DNA from: an uncultured Candidatus Saccharibacteria bacterium | GTDB taxonomy: Bacteria > Patescibacteriota > Minisyncoccia > Phycocordibacterales > UBA9973 | DNA: 64,000 nt | Reading direction: 5' to 3' | Assembly: GCA_964563715.1 (NCBI GenBank) | Contig: CAZLXA010000001.1 | Coordinates: 33,613-97,612 of the forward strand | Shown here: piece after piece, positions 9,575-17,255 of the stretch | Numbering within the stretch: the first letter of the stretch is position 1 | Layout of the letters: the number at the start of each line of letters is the position of its first letter | Position numbers and translations under genes: made by a program | Notes under the pieces: model-generated | What the model saw: only the letters and a program-made list of their open reading frames with translations | Database searches by the model: none | What the model was told of the DNA's origin: nothing

Positions 9575-9684
9575 CCCGTTAGAAGTCGTGATTATCGGGA
9601 AAGTAAATAATTTATTATTAAAAATAAGTACAGTGGCTCGATTTTATTAATTAATATTAATAATCACGACCTACTTCTAATGGG
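9575..9684 (+). mobile_element. Start-codon-abutting inverted-repeat element, copy 3
   Basis: CCCGTTAGAAGTCGTGATTAT...ATAATCACGACCTACTTCTAATGGG-ATG. Confidence 0.75.
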
Positions 9685-9897
9685 ATGGCAGAAAAACCAA
9701 AAGAAAAAAAGAAAAAACATAATGGTGGAGAAATGCATTTCGGACTTGAAGTCCTTTTATTTGTTGTGGCGATTTTTATTCTCTGGATTTTAATGGGTGG
9801 AGCAAAAAAGAAAGTTGAGGATAAACCTTTCATTACTCCCCTAACCGATCAAGTAAATCCTGGAATGAAATATGGACCAAATTCTGATAGAAATTAA
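9685..9897 (+). CDS. Small hypothetical single-pass membrane protein
   Basis: 70 aa with one TM helix; start immediately follows the IR element as in the other copies. Confidence 0.65.
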   Translation: MAEKPKEKKKKHNGGEMHFGLEVLLFVVAIFILWILMGGAKKKVEDKPFITPLTDQVNPGMKYGPNSDRN

Positions 9898-10376
9898 TTT
9901 CTTAGTATTCTAAATAAAGCCACTCCGCACGCCACTGAAACATTAAGTGATTCTTTTTGGCCATGCATAGGTATTTGAGCAATAGTGTCGCATCTATTTA
10001 AAATACTCTGTCTCAAACCGGTGACTTCTGGGCCCATAATTATTACAGTTTTTTTGCCCTGAGTAGATACTTTACGATAATCAATTGCTTTTTTATCTTG
10101 CTCAATAGCAATAATCATATAACCTTCTTTTTTTAATTTACTAATAACTAGGGCTAAACTTTTTTTATATTCCCATTTTATGAAATTTTCAGCCCCGAGA
10201 GCGCTTTTGGCTATATCTTTTTGAATTCGGCCAAACTTATCTGTTGGCCGGGGGCTAAAACCAGTCAAATATATTTTCGAAATTCCAACAGCATCAGCCG
10301 TCCGAAACATGGCTCCAATATTTATGGCTGAGCGAATATCCGGCAAAATAAGAATGTTTTCTTCTTCATTTTTCAT
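9894..10376 (-). CDS. TrmH/SpoU family RNA methyltransferase
   Basis: NIGAMFRTADAVG, MGPEVTG and ESLNVSVA SPOUT motifs. Confidence 0.92.
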   Translation of the reverse strand: MKNEEENILILPDIRSAINIGAMFRTADAVGISKIYLTGFSPRPTDKFGRIQKDIAKSALGAENFIKWEYKKSLALVISKLKKEGYMIIAIEQDKKAIDYRKVSTQGKKTVIIMGPEVTGLRQSILNRCDTIAQIPMHGQKESLNVSVACGVALFRILRN

Positions 10377-10430
10377 ACCAGCATTCTACCACCAAAAATA
10401 TAAAAAGAAAGCCATTTTATTATATAGATT

Positions 10431-11171
10431 TTATTTTTGAGTGTTTAAAATTATATTTTTTAAATCCTTGGGTGCATGGGTCAGATTTACACAACCCTTT
10501 TTAGTAATTAAGACCATATCTTCAATTCGAACTCCCCCAAAACTCTTTATATAAATTCCGGGTTCAATAGTCACCACACAACCAATTGGTAAAATATCAT
10601 CACTTTTGGGTTTTAAATTTGGCCATTCGTGAATAACAGTTCCCACTCCATACCCTAAACCATGTGGAAATTTCTTAGAGCCAAATTTTTTATTTAAAAA
10701 TACTCTGGCTGTTTTATCTAACATCCATGCCCTTTTTTCACCATCATTAATTTTACCAATGACTTTATTTTGAGCCTCCTGTACAGCTAAATAAATTTTT
10801 TGTTGTTTATTATTTATTTTACCCCAAAAATAAGTCCGTGACATATCCGAACAATAATGGTTGCTGGTGCAACCAAAGTCAAACATTATCGTATCACCTT
10901 TTTTTAATTTTGTTTGACTAGGCTCATGGTGAATATTGGCTGAGTTTTTTCCAAAAGATACAATCGGTGGAAAAGCTAAAATCGGAGCTTTGTATTTAAT
11001 GAAAGATTTCTTGATAAATTTTTCAACTTCAATTTCTCTAATTCCAGTCTTTAAAATTTTTAGTGTATCAACCAAAACCCGCTCACTAATCCTTTGTGCT
11101 TTGATTATATTTTCTAATTCTTTTTTCGTCTTCACCGCTCTCACCTCGTGAATCAATTTTGTTTCTTTCAT
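10431..11171 (-). CDS. M24 family (Xaa-Pro) aminopeptidase, catalytic domain only
   Basis: HH..., DFG...Y.SDMSRT, TIEPGIY and GGVRIEDM. Confidence 0.9.
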   Translation of the reverse strand: MKETKLIHEVRAVKTKKELENIIKAQRISERVLVDTLKILKTGIREIEVEKFIKKSFIKYKAPILAFPPIVSFGKNSANIHHEPSQTKLKKGDTIMFDFGCTSNHYCSDMSRTYFWGKINNKQQKIYLAVQEAQNKVIGKINDGEKRAWMLDKTARVFLNKKFGSKKFPHGLGYGVGTVIHEWPNLKPKSDDILPIGCVVTIEPGIYIKSFGGVRIEDMVLITKKGCVNLTHAPKDLKNIILNTQK

Positions 11172-11174
11172 AAA

Positions 11175-11756
11175 TTATATAAATGGATTTTTATCTTCGA
11201 ATGTTAAGCGAATCACTTTGTCTTTCGATATTTTATCAGGATGAAGACCATATTTCATTTCATATATTTCCCCGGCGCCACAAAACTTAGCTTTATTAAA
11301 ATCAAAACCAAGTAATTCTGAAACTCTTATTACCTCTTCTTTATTTTTTCCTTCTATTTCTATATATGGCTCTAAATATGGCCAGGTATCAATATCAATT
11401 TCAACTCCACCCAATATCCAACGTTCTCTTAAAGTCTCTGAATAATTTGTCATTCTAGCTCCTAAACTTTCTAAGAATTCCACTCCCAAATCCATATCAG
11501 AAATATCAAATTCAACTTCTTTTTGTTCCTCTATCGATGAATCAGTTGGTATACATTTATACGCCATAGTAATTTTATCCCCATCATCTCGGACACGAGC
11601 CCATTCCCAAAAATTACGACCCAAAGACTGCAAATCAAAGTTATATCTTTTTTGCTTATACTCGGCCCTTAGAAGCTCGGCTCCTAAATTTTTTAATTTA
11701 ATCCGATACTCGTCCTTATCAATATTCAAATATGTCGCTTCGTATTCTATCGCCAT
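11175..11756 (-). CDS. CYTH domain protein
   Basis: EYE N-terminal ExE motif, RVR, DIDTWP..PYIEIEG. Confidence 0.85.
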   Translation of the reverse strand: MAIEYEATYLNIDKDEYRIKLKNLGAELLRAEYKQKRYNFDLQSLGRNFWEWARVRDDGDKITMAYKCIPTDSSIEEQKEVEFDISDMDLGVEFLESLGARMTNYSETLRERWILGGVEIDIDTWPYLEPYIEIEGKNKEEVIRVSELLGFDFNKAKFCGAGEIYEMKYGLHPDKISKDKVIRLTFEDKNPFI

Positions 11757-11757
11757 A

Positions 11758-12381
11758 TTATTTTATCTCTTTAATATCCTCGCTAATCATTTTAACTATT
11801 TCTGGAAACTTGGATACATTAAAGTGGCCATTTTTGCTTTTATAAATAATAATTTTAGAATTCTTTAATTTATTTCTATATTTCTCAGCATGAGAAACTG
11901 GAACAACTTCATCATCGGCTGAAAACATAAGGGTTACATCTTTACAGTTCTTTTCAATTAAAGATAAGTCCGATTTTAATTTAAAACCACCAACTAAATC
12001 CTCTTGTGGGCATGTATTATCAAAAGGAGGACAAATCATATAAACCGAAAGTAATTTTTTGGGGAATTTATTTTCTGATAAATATTTAGCTAGAAAAATA
12101 CCACCCAAAGAACCTCCAAGCAATATTGAATTCATCTTCAAATATGGAATATATTTTTCAAAAACTATTTTCCATTCTTTATATTTAGCATTTTCTTGAA
12201 GAGGAAAACGAGGTTTTATTATTTGAAATTTTTTACCCAATTCCTCATTTATATATGTATCGGCCCATTTTGGTTTTTTTAAAAATTTTATTTCTTTATT
12301 TTTCAAGTAATTTAAATAATCCTTCTGCTTCTTAAAAGTCGTTCCACCGTGAATCATTAATATTTGCGTCTTTGTTTTCAT
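11758..12381 (-). CDS. Alpha/beta hydrolase (RBBP9/YdeN-like)
   Basis: IHGG, GGSLGG nucleophile, D..VP and GHF; start placed at MKTKTQ (12381). Confidence 0.85.
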   Translation of the reverse strand: MKTKTQILMIHGGTTFKKQKDYLNYLKNKEIKFLKKPKWADTYINEELGKKFQIIKPRFPLQENAKYKEWKIVFEKYIPYLKMNSILLGGSLGGIFLAKYLSENKFPKKLLSVYMICPPFDNTCPQEDLVGGFKLKSDLSLIEKNCKDVTLMFSADDEVVPVSHAEKYRNKLKNSKIIIYKSKNGHFNVSKFPEIVKMISEDIKEIK

Positions 12382-12388
12382 ATAAGTT

Positions 12389-12949
12389 TTATAAGTTAAA
12401 TTTTTCCTTAATTTGTTTTGCCGCTGTAGCTGGGTCAATATCTGTATTATTAATTCTTAGATAATTTTTTTCTTTTATTTCTCCCTCCAAGGAGTTTGGT
12501 CTATGTTTAACTAGGGTTTCTCTTAATTTTTTATCAGCCCCAGCGCTTCCTCTTTTTGACGGTTTATGTATTAATCGATTCTCTGTTTTGTTTCTTTTTA
12601 TTCTCTCTTCAATGTCAGCTTCGAGTTCAACATAGTATATTTCTGCTCCTTTATCACGAAATATTTTAGTTAGAGACTCCGTGTATTCCCAGTCTTTCTT
12701 GTCATCAAAATACCATACAAAGGTAAAGATTAATCCTTCTAAATCACTTTCTGATACTGCTTTAAATACCTCTTCCCTAATAAGTCTTACTAGTTTTTGT
12801 GCTGTGGGTGTCCCGTAATCAAAGAAAGGATTAACTAGCTCAATCGGCATATGATTATGAAATAACTTAAGGCTTGTTATTTTTTCAAGTTCTTGACCTA
12901 CGGTCATTTTCCCAACAGCTTGTGGCCCAGTAATAAGGATTAATTTCAT
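12389..12949 (-). CDS. P-loop kinase-like AAA family protein
   Basis: GPQAVGKMT Walker A, LFHNH. Confidence 0.85.
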   Translation of the reverse strand: MKLILITGPQAVGKMTVGQELEKITSLKLFHNHMPIELVNPFFDYGTPTAQKLVRLIREEVFKAVSESDLEGLIFTFVWYFDDKKDWEYTESLTKIFRDKGAEIYYVELEADIEERIKRNKTENRLIHKPSKRGSAGADKKLRETLVKHRPNSLEGEIKEKNYLRINNTDIDPATAAKQIKEKFNL

Positions 12950-13033
12950 ATTTAAATTATAACATAATTTTATATAATGTTGATTTTATTACGTTAATAT
13001 GGTATTTTGATATGGTTAATGGAAGATAGTTAT

Positions 13034-13106
13034 GCGCCCGTAGCTCAGTTGGTAGAGCAGCTCCCTTTTAAGGAGATGGTCGTAGGTTCGATTCCTACCG
13101 GGCGCA
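13034..13106 (+). tRNA. tRNA-Lys(TTT)
   Basis: GCGCCCG/CGGGCGC acceptor, TAGCTCAGTTGGTAGAGC D-arm, loop CTTTTAA, GTTCGATT. Confidence 0.95.
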
Positions 13107-13298
13107 CACTTATAAAAACCTTAAGAAATTAAGGTTTTTATAAGTGTGCGCCCAAGCAAGCAAACTGCTTTGCTTGCGTGTAGGAATCGAAAGGCTTTTG
13201 TGTCTTTTTAAAAATTCATTTTAAAAAAGTACAAAAGGCATACTGTCCTCGTAGAGGAAGATATCCTACCGATAAGCGTACTCGCGGCCCTACCAACC
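13107..13298 (+). repeat. tRNA-trailing structured element with antisense and partial duplicated tRNA 3' end
   Basis: Antisense TGCGCCC (13147-13153) and GTAGGAATCGAA (13180-13191); TACTGTCCTCGTAGAGGAAGATATCCTACCG (13241-13271). Confidence 0.75.
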
Positions 13299-13299
13299 T

Positions 13300-13335
13300 G
13301 ATAGAAAGTCTTGTAACACAAGACTTTTTTCTGTG
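13300..13335 (+). repeat. 36-bp hairpin-containing direct repeat, copy 1
   Basis: 35/36 identical to 14503-14538. Confidence 0.85.
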
Positions 13336-13394
13336 CAAAATGGGTTAACCTAGAGGGGAATCGAACTTTTGTGTATTTCTGATATAATTAATTT

Positions 13395-13982
13395 ATGGAA
13401 TTAAAAACAAAAAGATTAATATTAAGAGAACCCAAGATTAGCGACTGGAAAGATGTTGTTGAGGGAATTGGTGATTATGATGTTGCTAAAATGATGGTCA
13501 GTGTCCCTTACCCTTATGCAAAAAAAGATGCTTTGTGGTTTATAAATTTAAAAACAAAAGAATCTAAAAAGAAAGAGCCGAACTCCTATTTATTTTTTAT
13601 TGAATTAAAATCGGAGAAAAAAGTTATTGGAGCAGTTGAGGTTTTTAAAATTAATAGGTTTCATAGTACAGGAGAAACTGGATCATGGATTAATAAGAAT
13701 TATTGGAGAAAAGGTTACGTAACTGAGGCTAAGATAGCTCTTAACGATTTTGCTTTTAATAAAATTAAACTAAGAAGATTAGATTCTCCTGTTTTTTCCG
13801 ACAATGAAGCATCTAATGCAACACAGAAAAAAATGGGTTATGTATTAGAAGGAACCATGAGAAAAGCTCATAAAAGTAAAGCTACAAGTAAAACCCATGA
13901 TATAAATATGTATGGTCTCTTAAAAGAAGACTGGAAGAAAAAGAGGGTTAAGTTAATTAAAGAAATGAAGAGTAAAAAATAA
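13395..13982 (+). CDS. GNAT family N-acetyltransferase (RimJ/RimL-like)
   Basis: LKTKRLILRE, YWRKGYVTEA, NEASN..QKKMGYVLEG. Confidence 0.9.
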   Translation: MELKTKRLILREPKISDWKDVVEGIGDYDVAKMMVSVPYPYAKKDALWFINLKTKESKKKEPNSYLFFIELKSEKKVIGAVEVFKINRFHSTGETGSWINKNYWRKGYVTEAKIALNDFAFNKIKLRRLDSPVFSDNEASNATQKKMGYVLEGTMRKAHKSKATSKTHDINMYGLLKEDWKKKRVKLIKEMKSKK

Positions 13983-13986
13983 TTTT

Positions 13987-14394
13987 ATGAAAAACAATTC
14001 TAAATCAAGGATAAGAGTAGCTGGAGTTGTCACTAGAGATGATAAATTACTTCTTTTAAAAGGAAAGGGGTACGAATATTATTGGACACCAGGAGGAAAA
14101 GTTGACGGAGAAGAAAGTAATGAAGAATGTTTAAAAAGAGAACTAAAAGAAGAAATAGGTGTGAATCTAATTTCAGTGAAACTTTTTAAGGAATATGAAG
14201 GTGTATCCTTTTTTAATTCAGAAATAAAACAAAAACAAATCGTGTATTTAATTGAAATAGATGGTTCGATAAAGCCAGACGCAGAAATTGAGAGTTATAT
14301 TTGGATGAGCAAAGAAGATTACGAAAATAAGAAATATAATACACGGACTGACGATAATTTGATTTTAGATTTAATAAAAGAAAATATTTGGTAA
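13987..14394 (+). CDS. NUDIX hydrolase
   Basis: PGGKVDGEESNEECLKRELKEEIG Nudix box. Confidence 0.92.
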   Translation: MKNNSKSRIRVAGVVTRDDKLLLLKGKGYEYYWTPGGKVDGEESNEECLKRELKEEIGVNLISVKLFKEYEGVSFFNSEIKQKQIVYLIEIDGSIKPDAEIESYIWMSKEDYENKKYNTRTDDNLILDLIKENIW

Positions 14395-14502
14395 TTAACT
14401 TTCCCTCTGTAAAGCTTTAATAAAAATTAGCTGATTATATAAACCCTTCATATAACTCTCATTAGATAAAATATTTATAATAATCTCCTGTTCTGGGGAC
14501 CC

Positions 14503-14538
14503 GATAAAAAGTCTTGTAACACAAGACTTTTTTCTGTG
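14503..14538 (+). repeat. 36-bp hairpin-containing direct repeat, copy 2
   Basis: GATAAAAAGTCTTGTAACACAAGACTTTTTTCTGTG. Confidence 0.85.
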
Positions 14539-14597
14539 GAAAAGTGGCCAACCAAGACAAAAATAGAAACTTATTATATTTCTGTTATAATTTACCT

Positions 14598-15662
14598 ATG
14601 CAATTAGAAGACCTGGGATACAATGATTTTTTTAAAAATAACCGAACAAATTTAGGGTTGGATGGTTTTTCTGTGGCCAGAGTGATAGCTGAACACAAGG
14701 GTTCTTATAAAATCAAAAATGAGGATTATGAATTTTTTGCGAAAGTAACAGGCAAGAAGATTTTCAATGCTTCGTCTCGTGAAGACTACCCGGCTGTTGG
14801 GGATTGGGTAATAATTAAAGAGCAAACTGGAAACTGGGCCATCATAACAGATATCTTGCCAAGACAGAGCTTAATAAAAAGAAAATATAATAATAAAAAT
14901 GGAATTCAGATAATTGGGACAAATATCGATGTAGCTTTTATAGTTGAGTCTGTCGGCCGAGATTTTAATTTAAATCGCTTTGAAAGATATCTGGCTATAG
15001 TTAATGATGGCGGAATTTGGCCGGCTATTATTGTAAATAAAATAGATTTAATATCACAAAAGGAGTTGGATTTTAAATTAAATCAAATAAAAAATCGTTT
15101 TAAAAATGTTGATATTATTCTAACGAGTGTCTTGGCTGATATTGGACTTCGAGAACTCAGGTCTTATATTAAGCCTTCAAAAACATATTGTTTCCTTGGT
15201 TCGTCGGGTGTCGGTAAATCGTCTTTAATAAATAAATTATTAAAAGAAAATGTCATTGAGACAAATGACATAAGCCTCCAGACAGACAGAGGTAAACATA
15301 CAACCACTAGTCGAGAAATGTATTTTTTAAAAAATGGGGGTATAGTTATAGATAATCCTGGCATACGAGAAGTTGGAATGGCTGACACCCAAGTGGGGGT
15401 TGATAATATTTTTGATGAGATTACTAATTTAGCAACAGAATGTAAGTTTATCGATTGTTCTCATACTTCTGAGCCAGGTTGTAATGTTTTAAAAGCCCTA
15501 AATTCCAATAGTTTAAATGCCGAAAAATATGCCAATTATATCAATCTAAAAAAAGAAACAGAGTACTATGAAATGACGGAATCAGAAAGAAAAGAAAAAG
15601 ACTACAAATTTGGAAAATTCCTGAAAAAAGCCAAAAAAGAAATAGAAAAATATAAAAATTAA
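14598..15662 (+). CDS. rsgA: Ribosome small subunit-dependent GTPase A
   Basis: PAVGDWV, NKID, GSSGVGKS, GKHTTT, DNPG, C..DC.H..EPGC; start at ATG 14598 after TATAAT. Confidence 0.93.
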   Translation: MQLEDLGYNDFFKNNRTNLGLDGFSVARVIAEHKGSYKIKNEDYEFFAKVTGKKIFNASSREDYPAVGDWVIIKEQTGNWAIITDILPRQSLIKRKYNNKNGIQIIGTNIDVAFIVESVGRDFNLNRFERYLAIVNDGGIWPAIIVNKIDLISQKELDFKLNQIKNRFKNVDIILTSVLADIGLRELRSYIKPSKTYCFLGSSGVGKSSLINKLLKENVIETNDISLQTDRGKHTTTSREMYFLKNGGIVIDNPGIREVGMADTQVGVDNIFDEITNLATECKFIDCSHTSEPGCNVLKALNSNSLNAEKYANYINLKKETEYYEMTESERKEKDYKFGKFLKKAKKEIEKYKN

Positions 15663-15764
15663 ATTTATATATTCAAAAAACCTTTTATTTGCAACGATAA
15701 AAATATGGGTGTGGGGGTTATCCACTTTTTCATTTGGACTTATTATATTTGTGTTATATAATAT

Positions 15765-15949
15765 ATACAAGACAAGACACATTGAAGTTATCTTTCCAAC
15801 ATTCACCCAATGTACTGGGATTTAATTATTGGGAAAGATTTATACATCACAACAAGTTCCTTATACTCACAAATTACAAGTGAGTCAAAAAGCAAAAGGC
15901 TTGGAAGCTGGTTCTCAAATTTTTGAGGTTCAACTTCCAAGCCTTTTTT
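15765..15949 (+). ncRNA. Candidate orphan structured small RNA
   Basis: TATAAT at ~15757, successive hairpins and a strong terminator (AAAAGGCTTGGAAG...CTTCCAAGCCTTTTTT); no ORF. Confidence 0.35.
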
Positions 15950-15956
15950 AATTTAC

Positions 15957-16088
15957 CCCCACACCTACTTTGCTATTGCTTTTATTGTGCCATAAATTTA
16001 AATACTTTGTTTAAGATTATGATTATAAATTAAAACTGGCTAACCAACTTTTAGGGAAAAGCACAATAATAGCAAAGTAGGTGTGGGG
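15957..16088. mobile_element. CCCCACACC/GGTGTGGGG inverted-repeat element, copy b, with ATTTAC duplication
   Basis: ATTTAC-CCCCACACCTACTTTGCTATT...AATAGCAAAGTAGGTGTGGGG-ATTTAC; 21-bp perfect arms. Confidence 0.8.
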
Positions 16089-16090
16089 AT

Positions 16091-16726
16091 TTACTTACTA
16101 AGTGAAGAAAGTATAAATTGTTCAAGTGAAATAGTAAAATCACACTCCCCCCGGTGGGCTTTATGATAAATCTCTACCAAAGTACTTAACATTTTTTTTA
16201 AATCATCAATTTTAAAAAATTTATCTTTATTTAAAATCATTGTTTTAATTTTCCAAAATAAAATCCCAGATATTTCCTCTGGTGAGGACCCAGCTTCTAT
16301 TGCTTGTCGATACAAAACCCAAGTTCCAATTTTATCCTTTTTGGCAAAAGCTTCTGCAATATTAAAAACATTTACTTTCGGAGCTTTTTTAGTTGTTGGG
16401 CTGGTAAAATCTTCAATTGTAGCGTATTTTTTATACTTTTTAGTATCAGGGGCTAATAATTTTTCTTCCAAAAAAATAAATGTCGTTTTTGAATCTTTTA
16501 ATATTATCAAATCCTCAATTGAAAAATTTATTTCTCCCTCTTTTATTAACCCATCTACAATAAAGACAAATAATTCCCCAAAAAGACTAACACTTCCGGC
16601 TTGCTCGAAAAACCACTCTTTGGAAAGTTCGTTTGTTGATAAAAAAATTATATTATTAGTTTTATCTAACTTTTTTATATAATCATTCTTTTTTTTTGTA
16701 TCGTTGCCTAAGAGAATATAAATCAT
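16091..16726 (-). CDS. Short DNA polymerase III delta subunit-like protein
   Basis: MIYILLG N-terminus, SLFGE motif, F.IAEA and LEQFIL C-terminal collar. Confidence 0.65.
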   Translation of the reverse strand: MIYILLGNDTKKKNDYIKKLDKTNNIIFLSTNELSKEWFFEQAGSVSLFGELFVFIVDGLIKEGEINFSIEDLIILKDSKTTFIFLEEKLLAPDTKKYKKYATIEDFTSPTTKKAPKVNVFNIAEAFAKKDKIGTWVLYRQAIEAGSSPEEISGILFWKIKTMILNKDKFFKIDDLKKMLSTLVEIYHKAHRGECDFTISLEQFILSSLSK

Positions 16727-17220
16727 ATCCAGTTTTTCACTTTTTTCTTGTAGCTACTATAAACTTCTCCATATTTTTTTTCTAATAGTCTTTCTTCTTT
16801 TCTCAAAAAGAAAATTTTAGTAATAAGATAGGCAATAAAAGTAAATATGACACTAAAAAGTGAATTAATGATTAGAGCAAAACCAAGCGTTAATACAAAA
16901 AGACCCAAATGGGTTGGACTCCGTAAATATTTATATGGTCCAAATTCAAAAAATGATCGTCCTTCTTTTTTATGAACTCTTTCTTGGTAATTAGCCGATG
17001 TTGACTGAGCCCAATAAATTATTATTGAACTTATAAATAACATAAAAAATCCAATATATTGATAAATTGGGTTGGAAAATATTTCTCTTTTCAGTGTCGT
17101 ATCAAAAATAACTCCCAAAATAACTGCAAAAAGGAAAATCAAATAGGAGTGCAGTAAAATAAAATGAACTGTTTCTTTGCGATAATCTACTATTTCTTTT
17201 TTAGGGTTTTCTTTTTCCAT
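16723..17220 (-). CDS. Isoprenylcysteine carboxyl methyltransferase / PEMT family membrane protein
   Basis: GPYKYLRSP..LG and EERLL..KYGE.Y..YKKKV motifs. Confidence 0.85.
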   Translation of the reverse strand: MEKENPKKEIVDYRKETVHFILLHSYLIFLFAVILGVIFDTTLKREIFSNPIYQYIGFFMLFISSIIIYWAQSTSANYQERVHKKEGRSFFEFGPYKYLRSPTHLGLFVLTLGFALIINSLFSVIFTFIAYLITKIFFLRKEERLLEKKYGEVYSSYKKKVKNWI

Positions 17221-17255
17221 TACTTAATCCTACCACTTGAAATAAATTTTTACCA

